Counted from the first letter of the stretch, positions 37,121 to 50,709 are shown. The stretch is 64,000 nucleotides of DNA from Octopus vulgaris (GCA_951406725.2 OX597830.1:18042001-18106000), one strand, 5' to 3'. Program-made: numbers and translations. Notes: a model not told the origin generated them from the sequence alone.

Positions 37121-39520
37121 TAATAATAATAATAATAATGAAATTATTGTATACAGTGCTCAGGTGCACCACAACTTGTCAAAAGTGTGTATAAAGCATA
37201 TGTAGTAATGTAAAAATGTCTGGAAAGCGAACAATGTATGAGTCAGATACATGCCTGTGTGTGTATGGAGGGGAGAAAATCAGGTGTAGTGTTGGCGAAT
37301 CTCAGAAAGCATGGAAGTTTTGAAGGATGCAGTGCTCCGACAACTAACAACTGATGCCGGCAGTTTGTTCCATGCTTCAGCAACTCTCAGCATGAAAAAA
37401 TGTTTCCTGAAGTCATGGGAGCTGTGCTGTTTTCTGACTTTGTAAATATGTCCACGGGTGTTAGATGGGTGGAGTTTGAAAAGGTGCTCAGAGTTATTGT
37501 TTGTACGATGGTTGATAATTTTATGGGTGTCTGCCAAGTCAGCTGCCAGACGTCGGAGTTTCAATGTGTCCATGCCCAGGGAAGTAAGGCATTCAGGATA
37601 TGGCAAATGCCTGATGGAGGGTATTCTTTTGGTAGCACATCGCTGAACAGCTTCCAGACGATTGATATCCTGGGCAAGATAGGGGTTCCAGACCGGTGAT
37701 GCAAATTCCAGGTGAGGTCTTACCATAGCTATATAAAGCCGCAGATAGACAGCCGGAGAGCGGCTCACAAAGGATTTGGTGAGTGATGCCAAGACACCCT
37801 CAGCCTTTTTGACAATTTCAGCGATGTGTTTTGTCCAATGCAAATCACTGTCGACAATAACACCCAGGTCACGTTCACATGAAGACTTTTTGAGACTAGT
37901 GTTGTGGAGGGAGTAGGTGGACGCTGGGTTTCTCCTCCCAAAATGCATGGTGGTACATTTGTCCACAGCCACCTTGAGTTGCCAGTCCATGATCCACTGC
38001 TGCATTGTGTCCAGGTCTGCTTGCAATAGAGATCTATAGAGTACAGGATTTGACCTCTTTATTTCGAGGTACAGCTTGATGCCATCTGCATATTTTAGCA
38101 CTGTGGCATTCTTTAAGTTGGCATCTATGTCATTAACATATGCAACAAATAAAAGGGGACCAAGAACAGATCCCTGTGGTACACTAGATGTCATCTCATA
38201 GGGTGAAGAGTGCTGTCCTAGAACTGTGACAACCTCTTTTCAGCTGAAAATAAAGGACTTCAACTAGTTATAGAGTTCGTCTCTTACACCCAACGCAGAA
38301 AGCGTCACCATAAGTCTTTTGTGTGGCACAGAGTTAAAAGCCTTAGCAAAGTCCAGGTAAACAACATCCACCCAGGATCTGCGATCAGTGATTTGGGTAA
38401 CATCCTCAAGAAACTCGATGAGTTGATTACAGCAGCTGGAGTTAGGAATAAATCCGAATTGTGATGGCTGGATGAGGCTGTGAGACTTCCAGAAGTTCCA
38501 GAGGGTTTCTCTGATACAGGATTCCATCAGTTTGGCGATGCAGCTAGTAAGACTGACGGGGCGATAGTTGACAGGCGATGTGCGGTCGCCTTTTTTGAAC
38601 AGAGGGATGACGCTGGCAGTTTTCCACTGTTCTGGAGTAACACCATTGTCAAGACAGAATTGGAAGAATAGAGAAAGTTGGCTTAGAAGAAAGTACCCAC
38701 CGCGTTTGAGAAGTAGGTATGTAACACCATCGAGACCAGGAGAGGCATAATTGCGTTTATTCTTAAGGTGACGTTGCAGCATTGCTGGTGTAAATTGCAT
38801 AGTAGATATAGAGTTCGATGTCAGTGGTGATGAAGATGGAACATTTTGGTCTTCGACAGTAAAGATGCCGGCATAGCATCCAGCAATGATTTCTGCACAT
38901 TCTTCGGGATTGCCAGTAATCTGTCCTGTGTGGGAATTGCGAAGGGGACCAACTGGAGAGTGGGGTCTCTGCTTTGAGTGCACATACTTCCAGAACACTT
39001 TGCTGTCAGGGTTAGCTGCAATGCGTTGTTCAAATTCAAGCACTGCCTTTTTTGTCACCTGCTTGAGGTGGTTGGCTGACCTATTGCGCTTTTTCCTGTT
39101 GCTCTCTGATTTGTGCAATTTGTATTCCTGTTCAGCATTACAGCGTTCTTTCCTGGCAAGTCGGACTGCTGCAGTCTCCCAACTTGCACTATTGGGTGGT
39201 TTTTTGTGCTTGCGTGGTACTGATGCTGCACATGCTGCCCATATTGAATTCAGAATGTTCTGGAGTATAGTGTCCACATCTCCAGAAGCATAAAATTCGC
39301 GCCAGTTTGGGCGTTGCAGCTCAGTACAATAAGAGCTCCAGTTTGCTTTATTCCAGTCAAAGCGGGCAGTCTGAAGATGGTTGTGTTTTTTGTTACAACC
39401 AATCAGAGACAAGTCGGCTATGATCATGGAATGATCAGAGTCACCTAAAGGTTCTTCGGTAGTGACACTAATGATTGTTTCAGGAGAAGCGCTAAGTAGC
39501 AGATCCAAAGTGTTGTTACC
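37121..39520 (-). mobile_element. CR1-group LINE, 5'-truncated and disrupted; sister subfamily of 30730-33441
   Basis: ORFs 38264-39562 and 37280-38194 align to the 918-aa ORF. Premature stop at 38264, YADD changed to YADG, (ATT)n tail. Confidence 0.95.
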
Positions 39521-39549
39521 CCTATATATCATCAGTAGTTCATATAACT

Positions 39550-40000
39550 GAAAAAGAAGCATATTCTAAGACATTAGAGCAGTAATTAGGAAGCTGATTG
39601 TTATGGCCAATCAGAGCATTCAGCCTTATAGGCTAGAGAAGCTATGTGCTCGCGGCAATTTGACTGACAAGTCACCTATACAGCTAAGCACTTTATAGGT
39701 GAAAAATCAATGGTCAATCTCTGACTGACCATAATAATCAAATTCCTAAATATATATTAAAAATGGGGAAGGCTGGTTTATGGGATTACCTTAGGTTTCC
39801 CGTCCATAGCTTTATGGTGTATTGTCAGATCCCAAAAACCTGTTGGCCCATGACTTCAAAATAGAAGGATTTTGGGATCTGACGATGCACTATAAAGCTA
39901 AACCCTTTATGGATGGGAAACCTAAGGTAACCCCATAAAACGGCCTTCCTCATTTTTAATACATACTGTTCTACATCTTAGAGTGTGCTTTTTCTTTTGG
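39550..40000. repeat. Nested fold-back structure: two hairpins (~39588-39747, ~39752-39965) inside a short outer inverted repeat
   Basis: Arms read directly. The first hairpin and its flank are homologous to 51441-51635. Confidence 0.8.
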
Positions 40001-40016
40001 AGTTTACTGCAGATGG

Positions 40017-40022
<6 letters not shown>

Positions 40023-40086
<64 letters not shown>
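40023..40086. repeat. (AAT)n microsatellite
   Basis: Read directly. Confidence 0.95.
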
Positions 40087-40087
<1 letters not shown>

Positions 40088-40159
40088 GGAAGTATAACTC
40101 CAAACCTACAGGTAAAAATTCAATTTAGTATTAAATCAAATTTCACAATATAAATATAT

Positions 40160-40445
40160 ATATATATAAATTAGAGAAAAACCACTGTTATGTAATTCAA
40201 ACAATGATAGACGTAACTTATATCATATAGAAAAAGTAAAATATATGATAAAACATTTATCTAGGTCACAAAAAGTACATACTAATAAATAAACAGTATA
40301 TAATAAGTATACTGTTTATTTATTAGTATGTACTTTTTGTGACCTAGATAAATGTTTTATCATATATTTTACTTTTTCTATATGATATAAGTTACGTCTA
40401 TCATTGTTTGAATTACATAACAGTGGTTTATCTCTAACTTATATA
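40160..40445. repeat. Near-perfect palindrome with ~135-bp arms
   Basis: ttagagaaaaaccactgttatg...aaacagtata / tatactgttt...cataacagtggtttatctctaa. Confidence 0.95.
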
Positions 40446-40453
40446 TGTATATA

Positions 40454-42700
40454 CTAGCAGAATTGCCCGGCGATGCTCGGGGTTGAATTGCTTGAAAGTA
40501 CTGTTAATGATTGCACTGAATTATGATGATTTTTCAGGCAAATATTGATATAAGTTTATGGCAAATGAATGTATTTGTAAGTGTATAGAAAGCCATGTAA
40601 AGGGGTTCCTAACCCCTCGTAGAATGGTGTAAGAATTGAATGCAAGGTTGCCTTGAAAAGAGCCATGTTATTGTTCTCATAATTGTAAGAATTTGATAGT
40701 CGTGGAAGGCGGTGTAAAACGTTTGCAGGTGAATAGGGTCTCTTCGTTTTCCACGAACGGCAGTGGATGTGCTGTTACAAAACTTCATGCTGTGTTAAAA
40801 GAGAATGGATGCCCTATGTAGGCAAGAGGGGAATGAAGCATGGGTAAGTAAATATGGGTAATTTATAAAATATAGAACAATAGCATCTACTCACCATATG
40901 TCAGACCGGCAAGACTGTAGTGGTGCTGAATAGATGAATCACAACACAGTGGTGGAGATGTTTTCATTGATGAGTGTTATGATTAAATTTGTTGTTGTAC
41001 AAAATGATCTGTTGCTTAGTTTCCAAAGTGTGTGTTGCGATCGTGTTGTCGCTTATGTAAACTTTAACAGTGAGAGTGTAGATATGTCATGTACGTTGGA
41101 TATAGAAGATGAGGCTGGTGGTTTGATGATGAATGGATAGAAATAGAGGTGAGCGAGGGACAGGTGTTGGTTAAGTGTGAATTAATGTCATGAAATGCCT
41201 AAAAATGTAAATGCCATCATAAAAGAGAGTCATATGTAAGTGAAATACTAACGTGTTCGAAAATGATGAAACGTAATCCTATAAAACCTCCTTGTACACA
41301 ATGATTTTTGTTTTACGTTGTGGAACGAATGCGAAAGCATCACTGTTGCTGCCAACACGCGAGCAGGCAACATAAAGCTGACCATGAGAGAAACATGGCT
41401 CTCCCAAATGTATTCCCGCCACAGACAGTGTTTGACTCTGCGCTTTGTTAATTGACATTGCGAAACATGGCCTTACTGGGAACTGGGACCTCCGAAATAT
41501 GAAAGGTAGGTCTGCTCCTGATGGGAAAAGATGCATCCTAGGTATGAGCACAACGTTGCCTCGACCGCACCCTGTGATAATGGTGGCCTCAATCAGATTG
41601 GGAGATAAGGACTTAACGATGAAACGTGTGCCACTGCATTGTTTTGGGGGAACCAAATTTCTAATGAGCATTATAGGGGCACCAACTTTAAGTTTGAGAA
41701 TGTGTGGTGGTAGTCCGGGGGCTCAAAGGAATTGAGTACCTCTATTGGATAGTTGATGACATCCTCTGGGTCAGGAGTTGTATCGATAGACATATATACA
41801 TAGACATCCCCAGGAATGAGTTTTAGCATTTCATCATTAATATGGTGAACAGTTTTATTCCTCGGGGCCAGAATAGCCCTTTGGCCAATCCAATCCATAT
41901 TCTGATAATTAGCTTGTAGATCTGGGAACACTGCATCTCTGAGATCAGAAGGCGTTTTAACAATGGTACAAATGGAATCAATGGCAATATTACCATTTCC
42001 ACCCCCTAGTATTTTGCCTTCGCCAAGTGCAAGGAGGGTGTGAGAAAATGCTGCTAATGTGATATCACGTTGCATATGAGAACGCATATTGGTGTGAAGT
42101 TTGAGAGTCTTCACCAGTGGCCACAATCTGGATGACTTAAGACACGCACTTACTGCATCAGCTGTAGTCCCTTTGGGAAAAACAGGAAGTGTTTGTCGGA
42201 AGTCCCCTGAAAGAAGTGCTATGCCTCCCATGGGAGCTGAAGAGTGTTTGATGTCTCTGAGAGATCTATCTAGTGCCTCAAGAGCACGTCTGTGGGCCAT
42301 CGTGCATTCATCCCAAACGATAAGCTTGCATCGTCTGAAGACTTCTGCCTGATCGGAGCTGTTACTGATGTTGCAAGTTGGTGTCTCAGTCTTCGCTAAG
42401 TCAAGCGAGAGCTTGAAAGTGGAGTGAGCTGTCCTGCCACCTGGCAACAAAGTAGCCGCAATTCCAGATGATGCCACAGCTAGGGCAATGCCTTGTGTTC
42501 GCCTAATCTCAGCCAATATTAACTTGTTGACAAAAGTTTTCCCAGTGCCCCCAGGAGCATCCAGGAAAAAAATCCCCCCAGCTTTGGCCCGGACTGAATT
42601 AACAACGGAGTTGTAAGTGAACTTCTGTTCTGGAAGGAGCTTTGGCTCATTGTCGGCTATGTACTCGGCAAGCTCGTCAACATTAAAACATGTCTCATGC
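40454..42700 (-). mobile_element. Helitron 3' portion with frameshifted PIF1-family helicase
   Basis: DAPGGTGKT, WDEC, GDFRQ, AMSINKAQ, HGQLYVACSRV motifs; frameshift near 41700. 3' hairpin cccgagcatcgccggg followed by CTAG|T at 40457-40454. Confidence 0.92.
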
Positions 42701-42878
42701 AGCAAATGTGAAGACAGAGTGTTTGTGCCTACACATGCCAAGTCACCACACAGTGGGACTGAACCCAGGACCATGTGTTTGGAACGTAGTTTGTTACCAC
42801 ACAGCCACACCTGCCCCTATGTATGTGTGTGTGTGTGTGTGTGCGTACGTGTGTATGGGTAGATATATTATGCATGTA

Positions 42879-42927
<49 letters not shown>

Positions 42928-43482
42928 ACATATTACATGTACATCTATATATATACATCTACACATAAAATACAAAATACAAAGTTATATCTTGATATTG
43001 CTAGTGATAACAATACTCAAAATATATAACAGACTGGAATTGTAGGCCTGTCTCTTGCAATTTTTGTAGTTTTGGACACACACCAAAACATTTGTGTCCA
43101 TATATACCTATATATGGGTGTGTACCTTTTATCTTTAATCATTTACTTGTCTCAGTCATTAGACTGTGGCCATGCTGGGGCCTTGAAGAAATTTTAGTTG
43201 AATGAATTGCCTCCAGTACTTATTTTTTGTTAAGCCTGCTACTTATCCTTATTGATCTCTTTTACCAGGACATAAATACACCAACACCGGTTGTCAAGTG
43301 GTCCAAGGGGACAAACACAGACACCAGGACACATGCAAAGGTATGTGTGTGTGTGTATATGCAAGTATATATACATATATATGTAGGCATGTACATATAT
43401 GTATGTATATATGCATATATTTATATATTATTTATATTATTATATGATTGAGCGCCATGCATCCTTTTCCAAGTAAGTTGGA

Positions 43483-43513
<31 letters not shown>

Positions 43514-43716
43514 TGAAAATATACATATATATATATACATATAAGAAAATAAAAATATATTTATATATACATATTTACAGACATTTTGTTGGATGGCTGT
43601 TGACTGTTCAGGTCTTATTTTTCATCCCGCAGGGTGTCCAACTACACCCTCCTCACCAAGCAAGCCTGGTGGGGTTGCCAGTTTAGTCGCTGTTAGTTAC
43701 CAGTATATATATATAT

Positions 43717-43819
<103 letters not shown>

Positions 43820-44319
43820 CACACACACACATATACATGGAAACATATATACATTCATACATACATACAGAGCAAGAGAGAGAGAGGCAGACAGATAGAC
43901 AGGCAAACAGGCAGGCAGAGATGTTGAGATAGATACTTAGAGAAAGAAAAGAAATCAGTCATGTATTTGTAGTCTGTAATGCTGTTAAGAGAGAAAGTCA
44001 GGTCAAGAAATTGTCAATGAGGGAAAAGGAATGTTGTCATGAAATTGTCAACAGGAAGAAAGAAATTTAAAAATTTATTTTTATTTTTGTAAAAATTATT
44101 TTTTACATTTTCGTAATTGTCTTCAGATTTTGCTTGTTTTAAACATCAGAAATTACAATTCTGAAAAAAAAATTTTAATCCCTTTTTTTTTTTTTTTCTT
44201 TGCCATTCTGACATCCACATCTTCCTTTCAAAGTATTCAACTAAATAAAACTGTTACATTTTTGCCATCTTTTCTTTTTTATATTTTTTCACCTGATGTT
44301 TCTTTTTTATCTTTTATCT

Positions 44320-44710
44320 TTTATTTGTTTCAGTCATTAGACTACGGTAATGCTGGGGCACCGCCTTGACCTTTTAGTCAAATGAATTGACCCCAGCACT
44401 GTTTTTTTTTTTAAGCCTGGTACTTATTCCATCAATCTCTTTTGCCAAACTGCTAAGTTATGGGACATAAACACACCAACACTGGTTGCCAAGCAGTGGT
44501 AGAGGAAAAACCATAAACACACGCACATACACACACACACACACACATATGACAGGCTTCTTTCAGTTTCCATCTGCCAAATTCAATCATTGGGCTTTGG
44601 TTAGCCAGAGGCTATTGTTGAAGATACTTGTCCAAGGTACCACACATGGTGACTGAACCCAGAGCCATGTGGTTGGGAAGCAAGCTTCTTACCCAACAGC
44701 TGCACCTATG
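44320..44710 (-). mobile_element. Diverged SINE family A
   Basis: Reverse complement of family A. Confidence 0.75.
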
Positions 44711-44865
44711 TACTTTAATTTCCATGAACGTGACTTTAAACTGCATGGATTAGTGGGACGATAGTTTAAGAGTTTCAGAGTTTTGAGGAGTCTGGAACCA
44801 CTTCTTGCACATTATTGGCCCCAGGTCTTCTCTGATCCAGTGTACATACTTATCATACACATGTG

Positions 44866-44903
<38 letters not shown>

Positions 44904-47301
44904 CTAGACTAGACTATCCATGTACCCATGACCCATTGAGTCACCAGGAAAGTCTGAGTTTCCCAGCAACAAAGTTTTATTTCATGGGGTTTTTTTTGTT
45001 TGTTTTCCTGGTTATTTCACATGCTTTCAATGAATGTGATATCAAAATCACACGTAAACAGCTCCTTTCCCCAGAAACAAGTATTTCGGATTCTTTATCA
45101 CATATAGCTGTTTCATAGTAGCAGGGTGTGCTAGAAATAGCAGCCAAACCTTTGAGGGTGAGATACATTAAATGCACTCAAAAAATACCTATGGAAAAAA
45201 TTATTTCACACTGAGGTTACAAACGGGTCTTTTAAGAAATATTTGTCATATTTGTCATATTTGTCATAAAATATTTTTTAACTATACAAAAAACAATTTT
45301 TGTAATGGTATTCACTTGAAAATAATTAATATATTATTTGTTTAAAAAAAGTTAAAATATAAATATTTACTGTACTAACAACTTACATTTTTAAAATCAC
45401 ATCCAGTTAAAAACATTTTAAAAATCACATCCAGATTAAAATATTGTGTTTAACAAAAGCAAAAATAGAAACATTTGCTGTAAAAAAAAAAATGTATTTT
45501 TTCGTTTTAAGTCACTGTCTAATTCTTTTCTTTCAGGATTCAGATATTTTCAGAATACTTTCCCCTTATGCACCATTTGGGTATTTATACACCGAAAACC
45601 CCTAATGTCTCAACAACCACTTGTCCAATTTACGTGAAATTTGTTTTATTCCATACATATTTAGATTTCAGGGGAAACTTAATTCATAGTATTTTCCCAA
45701 TATGCACCAATTTGGCTGGGTAACATTGCAAGTAAGGAAGCAAGATTCAAGCTGACTTCTATAGACACACAAACAAAATTAATATAAACAGCAGGTTTCA
45801 CTAAAATGCAGAATTATAATTGTCACTAATTGTGACTAGGGCGTGAAGAAACACCTACATTGATAGGAATAAGAGTTAAAATACTCTTATACATATTGAG
45901 AGAGAGAGAGAGAGAGAGAGAGAAATAAAGAAAGGTTAAGATACTAAAGGAGAAAGAAAAACAGAATTTAATGTCCCACTAATATTATGCATGTTGTGAA
46001 AATTTGTTGTAAAATATTTCTTCAGGCATAGGAGTGGCTGTGTGGTAAGTAGCTTGCTTACGAACCACATGATTCCGGGTTCAGTCCCACTGCATGGCAC
46101 CTTGGGCAAGTGTCTTCTACTATAGCCTCAGGCTGACCGAAGCCTTGTGAGTGGATTTGGTAGACGGAAACTTAAAGAAGCCCGTCATATATATGTGTGT
46201 GTGTGTGTATGTGTTTGTATGTCTGTGTTTGTCCCCTCACCACCACCAACATCGCTTGACGACCGATGCTGGTGTGTTTACGTCCCTGTTAGTAGTATTT
46301 GGATTTTTGATAAATTGTTTTGGAAAAGATCCTGACAATGTACAGTTTCATGGAAATGTTCATGCACTCTTAATTGCTTTAGGTAATTCAGTACGCGCGC
46401 GCACACACACGCACGCACGCACACAAAAGTACCTAAAATAAAATAATAAGCTTGCATTTTTGTAATATTATTTTCTACAAAACACTCTTTTGTTTTTCAA
46501 AACACTATTTTCGTAATTTGTCTGAATGAATATTTTTCATTTTATCCTAATTAGTTATTTTTTAATATTTTTTTAACGTTAATTGTTCAAGATAAAAAGA
46601 TATGGTTTGTGTATACATGCATAAGTATTAACCAAGCGACATAACTCTAATTTGTAGTTGCGTCCCTTTATAAAGTATGCTTTCATATTTTGTGCTTCAA
46701 ATTTTGGCTCATAGTCAACAATTTTGAGGAAGCGTGTAAGAGGGTTACAACAACCCCAGTGCTCAATTGGTACTTATTTTAATCGACCACAAAAGGGTGA
46801 AAGGTGAAGTCGACCTCTACAGCATTTGAACTCAGAACGTTAAGACGGACGAAATGCCGCTGTGCATTTCGCCTGGCGTGCTAACGATTCTGTTGTTAGC
46901 TCGCCGCCTTTTGCACTTTAATAATATCGGTTTCAAATTTTGGCACAAGGCCAGCAATTTTAATGACAGTGTAAGTCGATTATATCAACTCCAGTGCCCA
47001 TCTGGTACTTATTTTATCGACCCCGAAACGATGAAAGGCAGAGTCGACCTCAACGTCATTTGAACTCAGAAAGTAAAGACGGACGAAATGCTTAGGAGCA
47101 TTTGTAGTCAATCAGACAACTTACGGTCAACGACGTGGGGTTTTCTCTTGCGGAGACACAGGGTGGTTTCGTATTTTTCTGGTGCCTCAGTGTTTAAGGG
47201 TTAATATGAGAGGAAGTAAGGAAGAAACATCGGACAATTTAAATGAACAAATGTTTAGGGTCAAAAGTAAGTTAAAGAAAGCCAACAATCAAGTGTGTGT
47301 G

Positions 47302-47371
<70 letters not shown>

Positions 47372-48100
47372 GGGGGGGGAGATGTTGCACATAACATTCT
47401 TAGTCTCAGATACATTGTACACTTATAACCAAGGCCGTGTTGTCAAATTACATTTGCTGCTATGATGATTATATGAAAATTATCGAAATTTTAATGAAGC
47501 AGATACTTTATTAGAGACTAGCTTAAAAGCTGCACTCGGTGCGGACCTTTATACTGGCTTGCGAGAGTGCTAACGGGGCACACGACATAAAATGAAAAAG
47601 AGCTAAATAGCCTGGTCAATAATATGTCTGTAATGACTATATGCTCCGCTGGTGTTTGATCAGACGTTAACGATGGATGAGAATTAATTCGCTAATGCAA
47701 TCATTCTATTATTCCAGTTACAATTTGAATTCCAACTGTTGGCCAATTTGTCCCGAGGTTCTTATCTCGATGTAAAATTAACGAAGCGAATGTCATCTCC
47801 TCCTTCATATCTGACGTCATCTGACAAACGCCAACCAAAATGGCGTGCTTTTGCCAAGTTTCATCTGCTTTAAGCAGCAACCCAAATGCTTTTGAATCAC
47901 ATATCACAAGTAGATGTTCAAGAACCAAATAAAGGACGGGTTTTCAATCCCGGGTTCATTCTCATTGCAAGAAGGTATGATACGTCTATGCAGAGGAAAT
48001 GTAGACAAAGGTACAACGGTCGCAGACAGACAGAATTTCGCCATTATTATGATAGAAATAGCAATAAAATATTACCAAACATTTTAATAGTAGCAAACTT

Positions 48101-48502
48101 GGGATCTTTTCGGTTTGAACGGTAGTTTTTTAAAATAATTTCCACGTAACTAAACACTTTTAAACTTTGTATACTGGTATCTTCTTCTCTTGGCTTTATT
48201 GAGAAAATTCTATAGTTTGTAAGATATTTGTTGTTTTTTTTTCTTCAATTTCTGCAATTTCAACCAATCAATGACGTCTATTGAGGTGAAAACATTCTGT
48301 GTCGTATGAATATGTCCCTCGTTTAAGAAACAGATTGGGTTTATTTACATTTCTGAAGAAAAAAAGATACCCTTCCCCCCACCTCTAACTCTAACCCTAA
48401 AACAGATTGAAATGCAATAGATCGATACTAGGGTCATAATTATGGGTGACAATTTCATATAACACCGCTAGAAAAAACTGCCGTTCAAACCGAAAAGATC
48501 CC
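48101..48502. mobile_element. ~400-bp MITE with ~30-bp TIRs and 6-bp TSD (AAACTT)
   Basis: gggatcttttcggtttgaacgg...ccgttcaaaccgaaaagatccc, with aaactt on both sides. Confidence 0.9.
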
Positions 48503-49221
48503 AAACTTGTTTTATTTGAAAACTTACTTAGTTTATAAACCTACTCTTTACATCGAACTGTGGGCTATATGTTGAGTAATTATTTCATGTTCATGCAGCG
48601 GTGAGTTGTAGAATGGCTTGCAAATCAACGGCATTTCGTCCACGAGTTCAAATTTCACCGAGGTCGATGGTACACTCGAACATTTTGTTGTTGATAAAAT
48701 GATGCCAGTCAAGGTTTGGGGTCAATATGATCAACTACTCACTCCACCAAATCTCAAACCTTGTTCCTACAGTAGAAACGATTATTTCATGTACGATTTA
48801 TATTTACCTATGCTTACTATCATATCCCCTTACAGTTACACGATTGTTTACGATGAAATGTTCTATGTGAATATATCGAGAGTGAAGTATCGTTTCTGAT
48901 TGGAAACTCCAGGTTTCCTGTCCTGAAATTGCCTGGCTAAGAGTTCATACGGTTGGAGGAACAATACCGGACACCTTGTAACCGTGTTATGGTACCAACC
49001 AGCATGTTACAGAGGGTGTTTAAGAACTCAAAGGTGCATAAAACGGCAGACCCACACAATTGTGTCCCCTACTTTGTTTCCTCAAAACCTCCAAAAAAAA
49101 TGGTTAAATTTTCTACAAATACCTCTCAGATGTTGTAGATTACGGTTGTATCGGAATATAATATGAAAAAGAAAAATTCGCGAAAGTACACACATATATA
49201 CTGAGACAACATATATATTCC

Positions 49222-49550
49222 AATTTCTTTATTAGCCACAAGGGCCCAAACATAGAGGGGTACAATACAGCCTGATTGGGGTCAGACACACAATGATTAT
49301 ATGACTTAAAATTATACAAAACATAATGGAATCGAATGAGATACAACACGGACGTAATACAAACATGAGATGAAGCAGAGGGATGGCTTACGCTCCGACC
49401 CCACGAGCCCCATTCTCCTACTGAAACTTTTGTATGCAGACTTATGACATGTTCACGAGGAATCTTTCATTCCCAGCACCCTCGCAACATGCAACCATCT
49501 TTCTTTCCACGAAATGGAACTTGAAATTTCAAAAAAAATGTCGAATGTGT
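49222..49550 (-). mobile_element. Possible L1/Tx1-like LINE 3' remnant
   Basis: Tail resembles the SINE B tail, and upstream reads RWLHVARV. Weak evidence. Confidence 0.35.
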
Positions 49551-50065
49551 GTCAGAATATAAGTGTGCGCGATCTCTTTTTTACACATTAATTTCTAATA
49601 TAGTGGTAATGTACGCTGAAAGATATTTGTGGAATATTTCCTGAAAAGGTATCCATTTTTTCTGAAAGTTATGAGCAAACAATTGCGTGGAGGGCACACC
49701 TGTGAAGGTTTACTTAAAATATCCCCACAAACACAAAAAACAAGGTGAAGATGACTCTGTCTTCAGGTGTCCGGATGCGTCCCCCGGCGCACACATTCCC
49801 GCGAAAGGGTGAAAGAGACTGAATATTATTTGAAAGGAAGGCCTTGGAAGAAACGTTTCCGATATTGTGACGTCATAATGACTATATGGAGAAATATAGA
49901 AATATCTGGACTAGACGAGAAATTCTTGAATGAATTTCATACATAGACGCTACACACTCACGCACACAATAGCAGACATACATGTACACAAACAAATATT
50001 TATATACATACTGTGTGTGTGTGTGTGCATAATACTTATCGGTCTATCAACACATACAGACACAA

Positions 50066-50672
50066 AGGCGGCGAGCTGGCAGAAACGTTAGCACGCCGGG
50101 CGAAATGCGTAGCCGTATTTCGTCTGCAGTTACGTTCTGAGTTCAAATTTCGGCGAGGTCGACTTTGCCTTCCATCCTTTCGGGGTCGATAAATTAAGTA
50201 CCAGTTACGCACTGGGATCGATATAATCGACTTAATCCGTTTGTATGTCCTTGTTTGTATTTCCTCTCTGTATTTAACGCTTTGTGGGTAGTAAAGAAAT
50301 AGGTATTTCGTCTGCCGTTACGTTGTGAGTTCAAATTCCGCCGAGGTCGACTTTGCCTTTCATCCTTTCAGGGTCGATGAATTAAGTACCAGTTACGCAC
50401 TGGTGTCGATATAATCGATTTAATCCCATTGTCTGTCCTTGATTGTCCTTTCTGTGTTTACTACCCTCTGTGGGTAGTAAAGAAATAGGCATTTCGTCTG
50501 CCGCTACGTTCTGAATTCAAATTCCGCCGATGCGGACTTTGCCTTTCACCCTTTCGGGGTCGATTAAATAAGTACCAGTTACGCACTGAGGTCGATATAA
50601 TCGACTTAATTTGTTTGTCTGTCCTTGTTTGTTCCCTCTGTGTGTAACCCCTTGTGGACAGTAAAGAAATAA
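50066..50672 (+). mobile_element. Head-to-tail trimer of SINE family B
   Basis: One full unit followed by two 5'-truncated units starting at ~50304 and ~50491. Confidence 0.9.
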
Positions 50673-50709
50673 GAATCATTACCTCGCCGGATATAATGCT
50701 TAGCCTCAC

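Noticed and set aside
41279-42810. Cellular PIF1 helicase gene
   Set aside because: Intronless, frameshifted, N-terminus fused to a SINE, and followed by a Helitron hairpin-CTAG end.
45538-45723. Possible plus-strand exon after ctaattcttttctttcag, with ~61 open codons
   Set aside because: No recognisable protein similarity and no partner exons; internal direct repeats suggest a decayed repeat.
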